From Dipteris shenzhenensis (lineage: Eukaryota): a stretch of 64,000 nt of DNA. The notes below the pieces were generated by a model. The model ran no database searches. It was not told where the DNA came from and saw only the letters and a list, made by a program, of their open reading frames with translations. A program made the position numbers and the translations under genes. Shown here piece by piece: positions 22,351 to 35,797 of the stretch (position 1 is its first letter; the number at the start of each line of letters is the position of its first letter). Location of the stretch: assembly GCA_047967505.1 (NCBI GenBank), contig CM106538.1. The stretch is one strand, 5' to 3'.

Positions 22351-25221
22351 ACTGCTACTGCTTGTCGAATTACCCTCAGGCCAAAGGATTTGGTCGAGCT
22401 CTCTCAAGATTGTCACCAAGGATCCATCGATGAGCTCACCAGCCTTCCTCATCGGTTCACTTGTTGAGATATCCTTCAGGCCCCCCCTCCAACTCAGTAG
22501 CACCAGGACAACGGTTGACAGACAATTTCCAGCATCACAGCCTGGGATATCCAGGTGGCTCAGTCTTGTGATGGGGGGGGGCAGCAGACTCGATGTGCAA
22601 CCACCCTCGTCAGTATCTAGCATGATATCATATATACTCTGCAAGCTATCTAGAAGCAGGGTACGGAAGATTCCAAAAAGACCAATGAAAGGCATGATCC
22701 CCTCTGCAAGGCTTGCATCTTCTATGTTGTCGCAATCGAGGTATCCATTGATTGTATACCCCACCCCCCCCCCCTGTTGTGTTTGTCCCCTTCTGGGGTA
22801 CTCTAGCAATGAGCTGAGAACCTGAGAAGCAGGCCGCAGGACAGCCAGCACTTGTTTTTTCAGTCCCTTGCAGATTGCTGAATTTGTATTTTTTCAAAGG
22901 AAACAAAAAACAAAAAAGCAAGCTGCTTATGGGTCCAAACTTAAGGGAAGAGGCAACATATTCTTAGGTATGTTGACCTGGCTATAAAATGTTTTCAGTG
23001 CTCTCCCAGTTCTCCATAGCCATCTCAGTCCAATTTAAGGAACATTTCTATATACATTTCTATATAGTTACTCTATACATTTCTATATAGTTACTCTCTT
23101 TACCAAATGCTCAAACGGCAAGCTCAAATGATAATCAGCAAAGCCTGCCTCTGTAACTGTTCCGCAAAAGCATTCACATGGTTAGAGAGTCCAGACTGTC
23201 AAATGACCCAATTCTCCTTCCTAAATATGCACAATAACATCAAAATACTATTTTCTGCCTCTACACGCACTGGACATGGATCTCCTCTCAGCTAGGGGAA
23301 AATGTTGTTCCAAAGAGGACCCAGTCTGCACATCTCCAAATGGGGCATTGACAAACTCAAGTTCAATGGTCTTACTTGGTCAGGATCACCCGGGTCAGCT
23401 CCACATTTTTACACAATTGTCTGTGTATTATGTCTGGATAATTCAAAGATATTCCCTGCAAGCAAAGGAGCTATGTCTTATTTGAAGTAGGAAAAGTGGA
23501 ATCAGAAACACACTTCCCTTACTAGGTTTGATTTAATTTAAATCAGTGCTCCGCTTTATTTCCACTTTGCAATGTTCTTGAAAACCCCCGTCCACATTAA
23601 TGAGATCCTTCTATATTCAGATCAGCCAACATCATGTGCCCTTCTTGTCGTAAACATGCATATATGGGGAACTCTTCACTCATGAAAAATATTGGAATTT
23701 AAAGTATAATGCACAACAGAAGCTTACACAGGCCCTCATTCACATTGCCGAGTCCTAACTTCCTCTTGCGGACGGTGGACCCCTCAAAAGGAGGGAAGAG
23801 CTTACAATAGCCTCTCTATGATGATGATGAGCACTTAAACTTTTGACCATTGCACCTCTGCTGCTCTTCATCATGCTTTCATTTGTCATCTAGAGATACT
23901 TACTTTGTTCTTGTCTGCAATCCAAACTAGACATATTTTGTATTCCTTTAGTTGACACTCCAAAAATTTTGTAAATATTATTGATCTTTTCGTTCTTTTG
24001 CTCCTCTTCTTGTGTGCATGTACAAATGTTACATCTAGTTATTCTTTGCCACTTACCTACACTTAGATCTACTCATATCTATTATTTCTATATTCCTGTT
24101 TCTTCCACCATTGTGGAATTCCCAGGCAACACCTGGAGACAAAATCTTTGATTGCGGCCAAAGGTGCTTCACAGCATGGAGTCAGTTCAACATTGCAATT
24201 GGGGTTGCAGAGAAACCCATAGGATCTGGCAGGGCATTGCACACCTGATTGGCAAATGAGCACAGGTACTTGCTACAGCACCTAGGGATCCGTCGCCTAG
24301 GCTAACACAACCAGGACCTCTGGACTTTTACAAGGGCGTATGGCTTTCTTCACCAGGGAGGACGTCCCTCAGATTATCACACTAGATGCAGTGGCAGTTA
24401 CTGTGTCTAGGCCTGATTCTCCATCTTAGATTCAGCCTGGGAGATAATTGCTAGTTTCACTCCTGGCAAATGTGGTGTTTCATATATACGAAGGCTATCG
24501 ATGGGATTCAAAGTATTACCTTGCAGGATATCATTCACACCCGTCGTCACCATTTGGGGCAGGATTTAAAATTCCTCACAGGCTGCTGTGGTGAGGAGAG
24601 CGTCCTCTAAGAGGGAGTGGAACCACTATTTTATTTCCACATACACTGCCACAGGGCCTTCATGGTATTTGCACTTTCCGGATTGGTTGCAACAGCCTCG
24701 TATCTTGTCTACATGATTTTGTATGAGGTTCTCACAGGAGTTATCATGGTCATACTTAATAGAAGTTTCTATATTTTGGTCATACTTAAAAGACTTTCTC
24801 CTTTGAAGAGACAGGGAGGGGGCATGCAGGTTTTTTGGGGGCGAAGGGGGGAGACCATCCTTCCAGTACTACAATCAAAACTCCTTGTATAATATTGGCC
24901 CACATATATCTTTGGTAGGCCCTTCAAGTCCTTGTGAACACTGAGGCGTTCCTCTTTCTTTCGTTTTTTGCATATGTAAATGAACATATTTTCACGCACG
25001 TGCACACACATTAAACGCATCCATCCAAACACAAACACACAAAAGAGATCTCTGCTATGTAAATCAACAGCAGAGAAACATTCTATGGTTTCACAGACTT
25101 TCAGCTCTCGCATACTGATACACTTAAGTTCTCTCTTTAAAGAAAGCAAGTTGGCATTGAGTGACAACATGCTCAAAGGGATGGGATGGGGGGAGGGGGG
25201 CCGAGAGAGAGAGAGAGAGAC

Positions 25222-25625
25222 CTGCAGGACAGGATCAGGAATATGTGGCATCCGCTCATCAAATGGCTCAATAATGATAGAAAAACCACGGGTATAGGTG
25301 CCGATCAGTGTAGCAAAGTTGCAGACAGTTTGTATATGCAAAAACTCATCAGTGTCTGTGATCTCAAGCGTGAGCAGAAGAGAATGCAGTCTATCATAAC
25401 AAAACTTCAGTGTCTTTTGATCAATTCCTGCCTGCGAGTTCAATGACATAACAAAAGAGACAGGCCCCTCACTCTCAACTTTATCTGTTTGGAGCCTGTT
25501 CTTGAGATATTGCAATAGTCTTTTCAGAAAAGAAACAAAATGCTCAGCCCGCCTGATATTTCCAGGTACAGCTTCTTTTAATATGTCATCAGGCAAAGCA
25601 GGGTTGGCAAGCCAGACGTTGGAGC
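25222..25625 (-). CDS. XPD: XPD coding exon 3 (404 nt)
   Basis: tttgcag|GC TCC AAC GTC TGG gives GSNVWLANPALPDDILKEAVPGNIRRAEHF...EPFDERMPHIPDPVLQ|gt. Phase 1 in, phase 0 out. Confidence 0.95.
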
Positions 25626-25869
25626 CTGCAAATAGAAGCGTAAGATGTGAGTATCAGGGCAATTAAAGCAGAAAAAACTTGAAACCAACTAAAATCATAC
25701 CACCTTAGCGAGGCCATTAAACTAGCACATTCCATGCCATTCTACATTAGCAAATGCGTGTAACAGCATGACCAGCCAAGCATGTTCAAGTTCCAAGAAG
25801 CAAGCTGGCATTTCAATAATGCACCATCCAAATACATGCCCATGAAGCACTGGCCTAAAGATCAATATC

Positions 25870-26353
25870 TGTTAATCCTCCTCATTAAGTGAATAAATAT
25901 TGAAGGAATGCAATGAGAGCAAGGTGAGCAAGGTAAGCAAGATTATGCAAGAAAGGAGAGCACACACAGTTGTATTGGAATAAGATAAGAAAACAATACA
26001 AGATTGGGGGTTTTGTCTATGTGACAAAACCTAACCAACCCACTAATTATAGTTAGGGGGAAAAACCTCTAATGAGGGAAAGTGCCCCTAACCCACTTAT
26101 TAGTCATACATTGTGTTGAAATGTGAGATTCAAAGGGAGCAGGAAGCAAGAGTGAGAGCAAGAGCAAAACGTAGTGTGCAATAGAAGAAGATAAGATCAG
26201 TACAAGTGTGAGGATAGTTTTGTCGAAGTGACAAAACTATACTAACCCACTAACTGTGATTAGGGGAAAAAACCTCCTAGTGAGGGAAAAGTGTCCCTAA
26301 CTCACTTATTAATTACATTGGCCACTGCCTAGAATATGCCAATAATTCTAACA
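25870..26353 (-). repeat. 3' LTR region of a minus-strand copia; two related ~220-bp LTR-like units in tandem
   Basis: PPT AAGGGGG then TG at 26353 (minus strand). The motif gtgacaaaac...aacccactaa...gagggaaa...cacttatt occurs twice. Confidence 0.65.
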
Positions 26354-28000
26354 CCCCCTTGCAGTGCCAATGTGATGTACAAGGAAGTGATCAATCACCA
26401 AAAGGAGTTAAGTTCAAGGCACTGCGAAATGCCTCAAACTTCTCACGTGAAAGTGCTTTGGTGAAGATGTCTGCAACATTGTCATGTGTTGACACATAGA
26501 TCATACTGATCTCTCCTGCATGCAACTTCTCTCTGACATAATGATAATGAACCTCGATGTGCTTCGTGCGAGCATAAAACACAGGATTCTTTGCCACTGC
26601 TATAGCACTCTGACTATCAGTGAGAATTGGAGAAGGGCCCTCCAATAAAAAATGAAGATCAGCAAACAAACGACGCAACCAAACACATTCAACTGTCGCT
26701 GTGAAAGCTGCCCTGTACTCAGCTTCACATGAGGAAGTAGCCACAGTAGATTGTTTCTTGCTCAGCCAAGAAATGCAAGCTTTGCCCAAAAAGAAACAAT
26801 TACCACTAGTGGACTACCTAGTGTCATAATCTCCAACCCAATCTGAGTTACTATAAGCCTGCATCTGCAAGTCAATCCCCCTGGGAAACATCAAGCCATA
26901 GGACTTTGTGCCTTGCAAATAATGAAAGATGTGTTTTACAGCCTGCCAATGTGTTGTTTTTGAGCTGTGCATATACCTGCTCACCTGAGATACTGCATAC
27001 TAAATATCGCGCCGTGTATTGCACAAATAAATGAGGCATCCAACATCCTGGCTGTAAAGTGTGACATCCATTGATTCACCAGCATCATACATAGTAAGCT
27101 TCAGCCCCAGCTCCATGGAGTGGCTATAGGCTTACAATCTTGCATGTTGAACCTATCCAAGAGCTTTTGCACATACTGGGATTGAGACATAACAATGCCA
27201 CACTTGTCTTGTATGAACTGGACCCCCAAATAGAAATTTGACATGCCCAAATCTGTCATGTCGAAAATTCAGCCTTGAAATCTGCAATTATTTCCTCATT
27301 TGACCCTGTGAGCAGCATGTCATCTACATAAAGAATGATGACCAAAATATCCCCTCCATCCTTCTTGACGTAGAGGGTGCTTGCCGTGGGACTATTGTGT
27401 AACCCCTTACTTGCCAGGAAGGCATCAATCTTGGCATACTATGCACATGGGGCTTGTTTCAGCCCATATAAAGCTTTATTCAGCTTGCAAACTTGAAGTG
27501 CGTTGCCTGAAAGTTCAAATCCAGGAGGTTGTTTGACATAAACCTCTTCCTGCAAGTCTCCATTAATGAAAGCTGTTTTTATGTCCAACTGATGGACATT
27601 CCATACAAAATTTACAACCATGGCAATAACTCACCTTATGGTGGTCATCCGAGAAGTAGGAGCAAAAGTCTCCTCATAATTTATGCCCTTTTTCTTTTGA
27701 GGATAGCCTTTGGCAACCAGCCGTGCCTTGTACCTATGAATGGACCCATCTGGCTTCCTTTTCACTTTGAAAACACATTTGGTACCAATGGCATGTTCCC
27801 CTAGTGGCAAATCCACAACATCCCAAGTTTGATTTTTCTCAATGGACTGCAATTCATTGTGCATGGCATGCATCCAATGCACATTATCCTTGGCTTCTTC
27901 AAAAGAGTCACGTTCTTCTTCATCAAGAAGAGTACCAGCATAAGCTGTCTCAACAAAAAGAGCCCCCCCTGCGTGCCTTACTGCACTATGAGTCCTGCAA
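26354..28000 (-). mobile_element. Copia family A RT-RNase H, decayed
   Basis: Same family as 7620-9905 (AYAGTLL.EEE.D.FEEAKDNVH; SSCEAEYR.AFTA; TKHIEVHYHY). Confidence 0.88.
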
Positions 28001-28019
28001 AGGTGCCTCAAGCCTACTC

Positions 28020-31000
28020 TCCCTGAAGTAGCAACTGTACTTTGCTTCTTGCTGAACCAAGAAATGCATGAAATACCAAGCATGAAACAGTGGCCACTAT
28101 GTGACACACAGGTGTCCGAACAACCAACCCAATCACGATCAGTGAATCCGTGCATAGAATCAGCCTCATAAAGAAGGCCCAAATGCTGAGTGCCTTTGAG
28201 ATACCTCAAGATACGCTTCACGGCATGCCAATGGTGCGTAGAGGGGCTGTGCATATATCTGCTTAAATGTGAGACAGCATACTGAAGATCAGGTCTCGTA
28301 CGGCATAAATAAATCAAACAACCAATTGCCTGCTCAGTACTGATAGAGAGTGACATCACATGCAATGCTGCCATCCTCAAAAGAGAAGTGAAAACCAGGC
28401 TCTAATGGTGTGGATATTGGCTTGCAATCCTCAAACTGAAACACTACAAAAGCTGTCCAATATACTTCGATTGTGACATCAAAATGCCCCCTCACTGCTA
28501 GCAGACTAAATGCCCAGATAGTAATGAAAAAGACCAAGATCAGACATAGCAAATGTCTTCTGCAAGTCAAAGCTTAAAAGCTTCAATTTGCTCAGCATGT
28601 GTCCCAATCACAAGCATGTCATCCACATAGAGCACTAAAATCAGCAAATCTGTCCCACTCTTGCGGATGTAAAGGGTAGCCTTTGTAGGGCTGTTCTGAA
28701 AGCCAAGTGTGAGTAAATGGGCATAAATCCTGGAATACCAAGCCTGAGGTGCCTGCTTCAATTCATAGAGGGCTTTCTTTAAGCGGCATACCTTGCTTTC
28801 AGAACCTTCAACCTCAAAGCTTGGAGGTTGGGAAACATATACGTCTTCTTGCAAAGGCCCATGCACGAAAGGTGTCTTGATATCAAGCTAATGTACCTCC
28901 CAATGAAAGTGGGCAGCAAAGGCAATAACAATATGGATAGTAGTGATCTGGGAAGCAAGGGCAAAAGTATCCTCAAAGTCAATGCCCTGCTCATTAGCAA
29001 CAAGACGGGCTTTGTAACGGTCCACTGAACCATCAGCTTTCCGTTTAATCTCATAAACCAACTTAGTTCGAATGGCATTCTCGCCAGGAGGCAAGTCACA
29101 CAACTCCCAAGTGTTATTCTGATAAATAGAATCCAATTCAGCTTGCATAGCCTTCAACCAACAATCATTCTGAAAGGCATCCTTATGGCATAATGGTTCT
29201 TTATTGCATGATGTAGCAACCAATGCGCAAGTGTCAAGCAACCAAATTAGCATGCTCTTTCCAGACAGCTGCTCTAGTATGGGCTGGCAGAGGACTATCC
29301 TATTTGCTGTCTTTTAATGTGTTAAGGAGCCAACGGGGGACCTTCCTGGGCTCTTGGATTTTCACCTCTTTCCTGGTCAAGAGCCCTGTGCATAATGTCC
29401 TAATCAAGCTGAGGCACCGCAGGCTGTAAATGAGGCTGAATATCATGCTGCATATATGGCTGCAAATGACCAACAGATGAAGGAGGAGAAACCTCAAATG
29501 TGACATCATCATGAGCATCTGACGGAAACAAAAGCATTAAGCTGTCAAAGAGATATGGGGCATCAACAACGGGCTTTTTTGACAGTCCAGGAAAGGCATA
29601 GTGGAGGATTCATCAAATACAACATCCCTACTCACAAAACACTTGCCCATGCGGGGCTGGTAGAGCTTGTAGCCCTTGCTCTCTGAGCTATACCCAATAA
29701 AAATGCATTTGACAGCTTTATCGTCCAACTTGGTGCGTGTCTGAGAAGGCACATGGGCATATGCGAAGCATCCAAAAGTCCTCTTCTGAGAAATCTGAGG
29801 CTTATGAACTGTCCAAGCCTCATAAGGTGTGATGGTCTTCAATGCCTTTGTAGGACATCTGTTCAAAATGTAATTAGCACACATAATGGCATCCAATCGC
29901 AACTTGTTAGGCAAGTGCTTGCCTTTCAACCTACACCTAGCCATCTCCATCACTGATCTATTCTTCCGCTCAGACACGGGATTCTATTGCGGAGTGTGAG
30001 GCCGTGCACTGATGATGAATGCCACGTAAGGCAAAAAAAACAGCAAATTCCTTTGACATATATTCACCCCCAAGCCAATAAAATGCCGGAAGCATGTAGA
30101 AACTTCAAATTTGGATTTCAAAGCAAAAATCCAAGTAAACGTGGTGAAGTCATCAAGAGCTGCAACCCGCATGGGTCCACAAACATCACTATGAACCAAA
30201 TAAAGCTTGCGTGAGATACCAACTCTCCCATCCTTGGGAAATGCAGAATGGCGCATCTTATGAAGCAAGCACGGTTCACATGAACCATGCTTTGGAGGCA
30301 TATGCATTTTGGGAAGATCAACAGCCATACCATCCTTATATAGCTTCACCAAAGCCCCAAAGTTGAGGTGTCCAAACCTCTCATGCCACAAATGGGTATC
30401 TACTATGGTAGAGGAATCAACAGCAAAGGCATGCGCATCTGCAAGTGCAGCATCATCCAAACATCTGTCATAAGCATCAAGTCTATACAGACCTCTAGTC
30501 AATGTGCCAGTCAAGACATTGGTAAAGGCATGTGTAGTATCATACACTGCGCACCGAATACCATAAAAAAGAACCTGATAGCCACATGTAGCTATGGCTG
30601 AAATAGAATGAGGTTCTTGCAAATGCCTGGAACATAAAGGACATTCTCTTAAGAGCAAGTTGCCCAACACCTTTCACTGTATATGATGCATTATTGGCAC
30701 ATGTTACATTGCTCCCCTTAGATGTATGCTCAAGTGAGCTGAATAACTTCCTGCAGGAAGTAATGTGCTTGCTAGCACCACTATCAAAGAACCAGGCATC
30801 AGATACATTAGAAATTGTCATGCAGGCATCATAAACATCAGGATTATACTGACCAGGAAAGCCCAATGCTGGTCTTGTGCAAAATTAGCTAACTCATGTC
30901 GATATGCTGGAGGAGGACAGTCAAAAACCGCAAGACCAAACTCTTTCTTCTTCTTTTCAGATGCAATTCTCTTCTTGCATTCAGAGATATCATGCCGAGG

Positions 31001-31820
31001 TTTCTTGCAATAGTTACATCTCTTCTTCTTCTTGTTATCCCTTGAAGAAGAGGCACCATGAGAGTGACCAGCATGTGAATGAGGGGGTTTACCATCTGAA
31101 ACCTTGCCTTTGCCTTTGTTTTTATGTTGGGCAGCAAAGGCTTAATCACTGGCCATAGAAGCATTGCCATTTGCACAACTTTGTTCCTCCTGAAGTAGAA
31201 GAGCAACCAGCTGGTCTAAAGAATAATGGTTGGCAGTAGCAAAGCCTTGATAAGAGTCAGGCAACCCATCAAGGGTATTAGAACATCACCTCATCAATAT
31301 TAGCCAATTGCTCTTTCAAATCCTTCACATTAGTAAGATAAGCATCCATATTACCACCCTCTTCAAGCTTCAAGTCCTTCAATTGCTTGCGGAGATAGGC
31401 AACCCTCGCCTCATTCCACACCTGATATAAGGATGCAAGCTAATCCCACGCAATGCAAACGGAATATGAGGGATAATGACCCTTTTCACTGAAAGATCAA
31501 TCAAGGCATGGGCTATGGCATCACAACCATCCCACTGAATTTGCTCCTGTGTAGGAGGCAAAGTATCTGTACTAGAAAATGTAGCTGCTCTAGAAGTAGC
31601 ATTAGACCCATCACTTGAAGTAGTACCAGAGGCAGGAGGTGGAGCACTAGAAGCTGCATTACGTGTAGGCCTGGTCTCAGAGCCAGAAACAATGTGCCAC
31701 AAATTCTTGGCAACCAATACATGCCCCATCATGTATGATCACATGGGGTAGTTTGTGCCATCAAGCTTGTCATCAGCCCCAAGCATCCCAAACAAATCAT
31801 TTTTATTGCTAGCCATTGTG
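28020..31820 (-). mobile_element. Copia family B gag-PR-INT-RT-partial RNase H, decayed, joined to family A
   Basis: KLDGTNY gag, WFFDSGASKH protease, WHERFGH/LVHSDVCGP integrase, LYVDD RT, and SWFSKKQSTVATS, after which the sequence switches abruptly. Confidence 0.88.
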
Positions 31821-32999
31821 CCAAAAATGCAAGGCAAAAGCACCAATCTAACAATGCAAATGAGAGGAAAGCAACCTCGCAAAATCAAGTGGCAAAATTC
31901 TGCTCAAGCTTCAAAGCTTATCACTGCAAAAGATTCTCTTGTCCCAAGGTGTACCTGCTGCAAAAATTTCCTAAAAGGCAACACGAGACCTTCCAAGGCA
32001 ACACAGGGCCTTTCCAAATGCGAATGAAGTAGAAATTGGAAAGAACGAATGCAACAAAGGCTTACCCAATGATGTAGCCCGTAAATACAGCAGGAAAAGG
32101 CTCTGAATGTGAGTAGAAGAATTCACCCTTGAAGGAGAGGTGAAAATGAGAGCAAATGGCAATGAGAAATGCCAAGAGAGGGCTGGAAATGAGAATTACA
32201 GCAACAGAAAGTGCTCCTAGGAGGAGGAGAGCACTTGGAAATGAGAGAAGAATGATCCAATGGAGGGGTACTCATAGCCCGAGGCATGATAAGCCAAAAG
32301 AGAAGGAATGGCCTCAAGAAGAGGCCTCCGGATTGATTCAACAACCTCCAAATGTCTTCAACAACCGGCACGCAGCACTAGACAGGTCCAAAATGCTGAA
32401 AAAAGCTTCACATTGGTTGGCACGAACCCCGAGACAGACCGTATAGCATTAAGTGCACCGAAACAGGTCCATACTGCAGTAAACGCGCTGCACAATGGCT
32501 TTAAATGCACCATACACCACCCAAAACAGTCCATACAGGTCAAGACAGCAGCAAACAGGCCTGCCCAGCGCTGTCCGTACTGCAATTAATGCCATCTCCT
32601 AACCGTACAGGCTGTACGAAATCCATAGTCACATGTGTGAGGCGGTACAGGCCGTATAGCAGCTGCAGCAGCAATAAATGCACCAATTTTTGTAGTAGGT
32701 GCTCCAAAATGCAGATTTCCTGCGCAAAAATGCAGACTTCCCGCGACGGAAATGCTTGGAGTAGCTTCGTGTGTTCACACACGTGAAGAAAACCTTGAGA
32801 AATGAGCAAACCAGCAGTAGAATAGGCTGTCAAACAGCTCCCAACAGTTCCAAGAGCACTCAAGGTGGTTGGAAATGGCTAGAGGGTAAACCTAAACTAT
32901 AAGATGGAAACACTTAGCCTACTGTTCTCCAGTGGGTACTAGTGAACAAGAACTGACTACTGACTTGACCTAAGGCTGAGAGACTGACCTACGTAGCTT

Positions 33000-34140
33000 G
33001 TGCCTGACTGTCCCTGGACAAGGGCTCACAAAGGGGTCACAGCATATGACAAAATCTCCTATCTGGGAACTATAATGCACTTGTCGATGTAGCCAGCGTG
33101 TCACCTTGCACCCAAGTGGAGGGGTGCATGTGACATGATCTATATAAGACTGCTGCTCCTCCTGATCCCCGTACTCCACCTGTCTCCCTCATCTCCTCCC
33201 TATAGGTTGACTCCCAAGTGTGTCCCCCTCAACTCCCTCAACTCCTTCAACATCCATCAAAACTCAGTACTCTATAGTTGCAGTTATCTGCAGCAGGCAA
33301 TGACAGAGCTACGATTGGAACTGGCAGAAGTAAAGGCTCGACTTCACATTCTGGAAGGGCCTCGTAAGCAGGCAGTAATTGATGAGGCTGTAAAATCTTG
33401 TAAGGATTCCCCCCTTACCCTGCAGCTAGTCTCTACAGTCAAAGATCTTGTTCACATTGAAGTACAAACTGCTAAGAAGGAAATGATTGTGGAAGTGGAC
33501 ACCAAAGCATGTAAGTCTGATATTCAAGCAGAGATTAAAGAACACGAAGCTAGATGTGATAATGCGCTGAAGATTAGAATAGGGGGACTCCCAGAAGATT
33601 GATACAAAGAGGAGGATACATATAGTGAGATATTGACAAAGATCAAAGCAAGCTTGCCCAACATTGAATGGGTGGATGATGATGAGCAAGATGATGACGA
33701 CTCTAGGCCAGCTTCTATTTTGCACTATAAAGGTCATGCAATCCTTACACTGAAGTCAAAAGATATGCAAATCAAGCTTCTTCGACAATCTTACAAGTTG
33801 AAGGGCACCAAAGTATGGATAGCAGAGGAGCTTACACAAGCTCAACTTAAGATTAAGGCAACTGAATTAGCTAAAGTCAGGGCTGCCAGAAAGGATGGAA
33901 AATGGACAGTTTACCGTGAAGGCGTAGCACTAATCAGAGAGTTCAAATCAAAACCAAAAGACTCTCAATCTTAAACTGATGTATGGCTGTTTACTCTTCC
34001 ATACTATCATGTAGGTACTCTAAATAATGTGGGTTGCTTTTTGCACTCCTTGGAAGCTGCCATGTGCCCTCCCTAAAGCAAATGTACTAGAGGGTTCCTT
34101 GCTGTCCCATAGACCTTTTGGTCTCCAGTGGATGTTAATA

Positions 34141-34179
<39 letters not shown>
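33000..34179 (+). mobile_element. ORF1-only non-autonomous LINE derivative (half-LINE-like)
   Basis: ORF1-like frame 33300-33974 with one in-frame TGA at 33600 (IRIGGL, KVWIAEELT, GKWTVYREG). No EN/RT follows. A ~165-nt 3' UTR ends in the shared hairpin and a (TC)n tail. TATATAA lies near 33141. The 5' boundary is approximate. Confidence 0.72.
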
Positions 34180-34185
<6 letters not shown>

Positions 34186-34203
34186 GAGGTCTCCCAAAGA
34201 CGT

Positions 34204-34265
<62 letters not shown>

Positions 34266-35039
34266 CTCTCCTCTCCACCACGCTAGCATCTGCTCAGCCG
34301 CTCAACCTCCAGTTAGCCCATCCAGTTAGCCTCCGCTCAGCCTCGCCAAACTACACTTTGCCCCTCCGTTCGCCTCGCTCAGCCTCTATCCGTTAGCCGC
34401 TCATCCACCTCTTCGTTCAGCCTGCTTAGCCCCCGCATTTAGCCCGTTCAAGTCGTTGTCGTCAAGCAAGCCGCAGGAGAGTAAACCCCAAGTAACCCCG
34501 GGCTGGGCTGAACCCTTTGGCCCAGCTTGGGGGTTAGTCTTAGGAAAGGGGCTCCCTACACAGGCCACCAAATCAAGTTCCCTAAAACCAAACTATTTGC
34601 TACAACCCCAGCCAACAAGAAGCCCTTCTACGCTTCCATAACTTCAACACCATCCCCTATGCCTTGACCTACCATAGATTCCAGGGTAAATTTGATCCAC
34701 GTGAGCAGATCTATTTTCTACAGCAAGAACTCAGCGATGCAAGACTTCGCATTGCCTCTGGAGAAGATAGTTGCAGAAATGAAAAACAAGGGCGCCATTG
34801 CGATAGTAGGAGAAGTTGGTGATGGCTCCCATGTTGGTGAGAAGAGAATGTTCAACTCCTCAATAGGTTTTGGTGACTGGGGCAGAGTCATTTCTTGTTC
34901 CTGTAGCTCTTTATTGATGATTACAGCCAATACATTGGCCTGATGAACCATCAAGTTTTTTTGTGAAGAAGATGAAGTGCTGGATCTAGTCTTGCTTTAG
35001 CTTCCTACTTAGTAAAACAAATGTGCGGAGTGGAAGGGA

Positions 35040-35764
35040 ACAATTCTTGTAATTCAAGAAGTTCTACGGCAATGCAATACAGCAGCCCCCGCACCAGAGC
35101 TTGTGACCAAGGTACAAGAATTGGTTACGACTCAGCTCAAGTCTATTAAAGAGGAATTTACAGCAACTATGAATACCAAGATGAACAAGTGTGATGTCTA
35201 TGAGGAGGTGAAAGAGCAAGAAACCAAAGCTCGAAATAACCGGATTATACGCATAGGGGTCTAACCGAGACTACACTCTAGAATGTGGAAGTATGAAAAT
35301 AAAGACTGAATATCTCAAGAAAACAATTCCCCGGATTGAAAGGGATCCAGAAGAGATAGATTTTGCCCACCAAAAGGGGGAACAAGCAAGAGTAATCTTT
35401 CAAGACAAGACACCAAGGAACAAAGTCCTCAGACAAACCAACAAGCTGAGAGGTACTAGAATATGGGATTCAGAGGAGCTCACGCCGACTCAAAATCGAC
35501 AAAAGTAAAAGAAGCTCTGTTTCTTGAGATGGTATAGCACTAATGAAAGACTTCAATCCTAGACCCAAAGATTCTCAGTCTTAAAATGATGTAATGACGG
35601 CCACTTTACAATAGTATTAGACTTTAGTAGTTTGCTACATAATTCGAGCTGAGATGCCTTACGCACTCTTCAACTCTCTCTAGCACTCAGAGATGTAAGT
35701 ATTTCCCTTTTTGGAATGTGTAATTTGTCTCATAGTCCCATGAGAAATTCTGCCGACGTTAGTA

Positions 35765-35797
<33 letters not shown>

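Noticed and set aside
22350-22830. Long overlapping ORFs (283 aa and 191 aa) as novel genes
   Set aside because: The first is a copia integrase fragment running into unrelated repeat sequence; the second is its antisense shadow with no motif.
24769-25221. C-terminal extension of the 275-aa ORF beyond PDPVLQ
   Set aside because: XPD similarity stops at the GT donor and resumes at 7017, so this is intron read-through.
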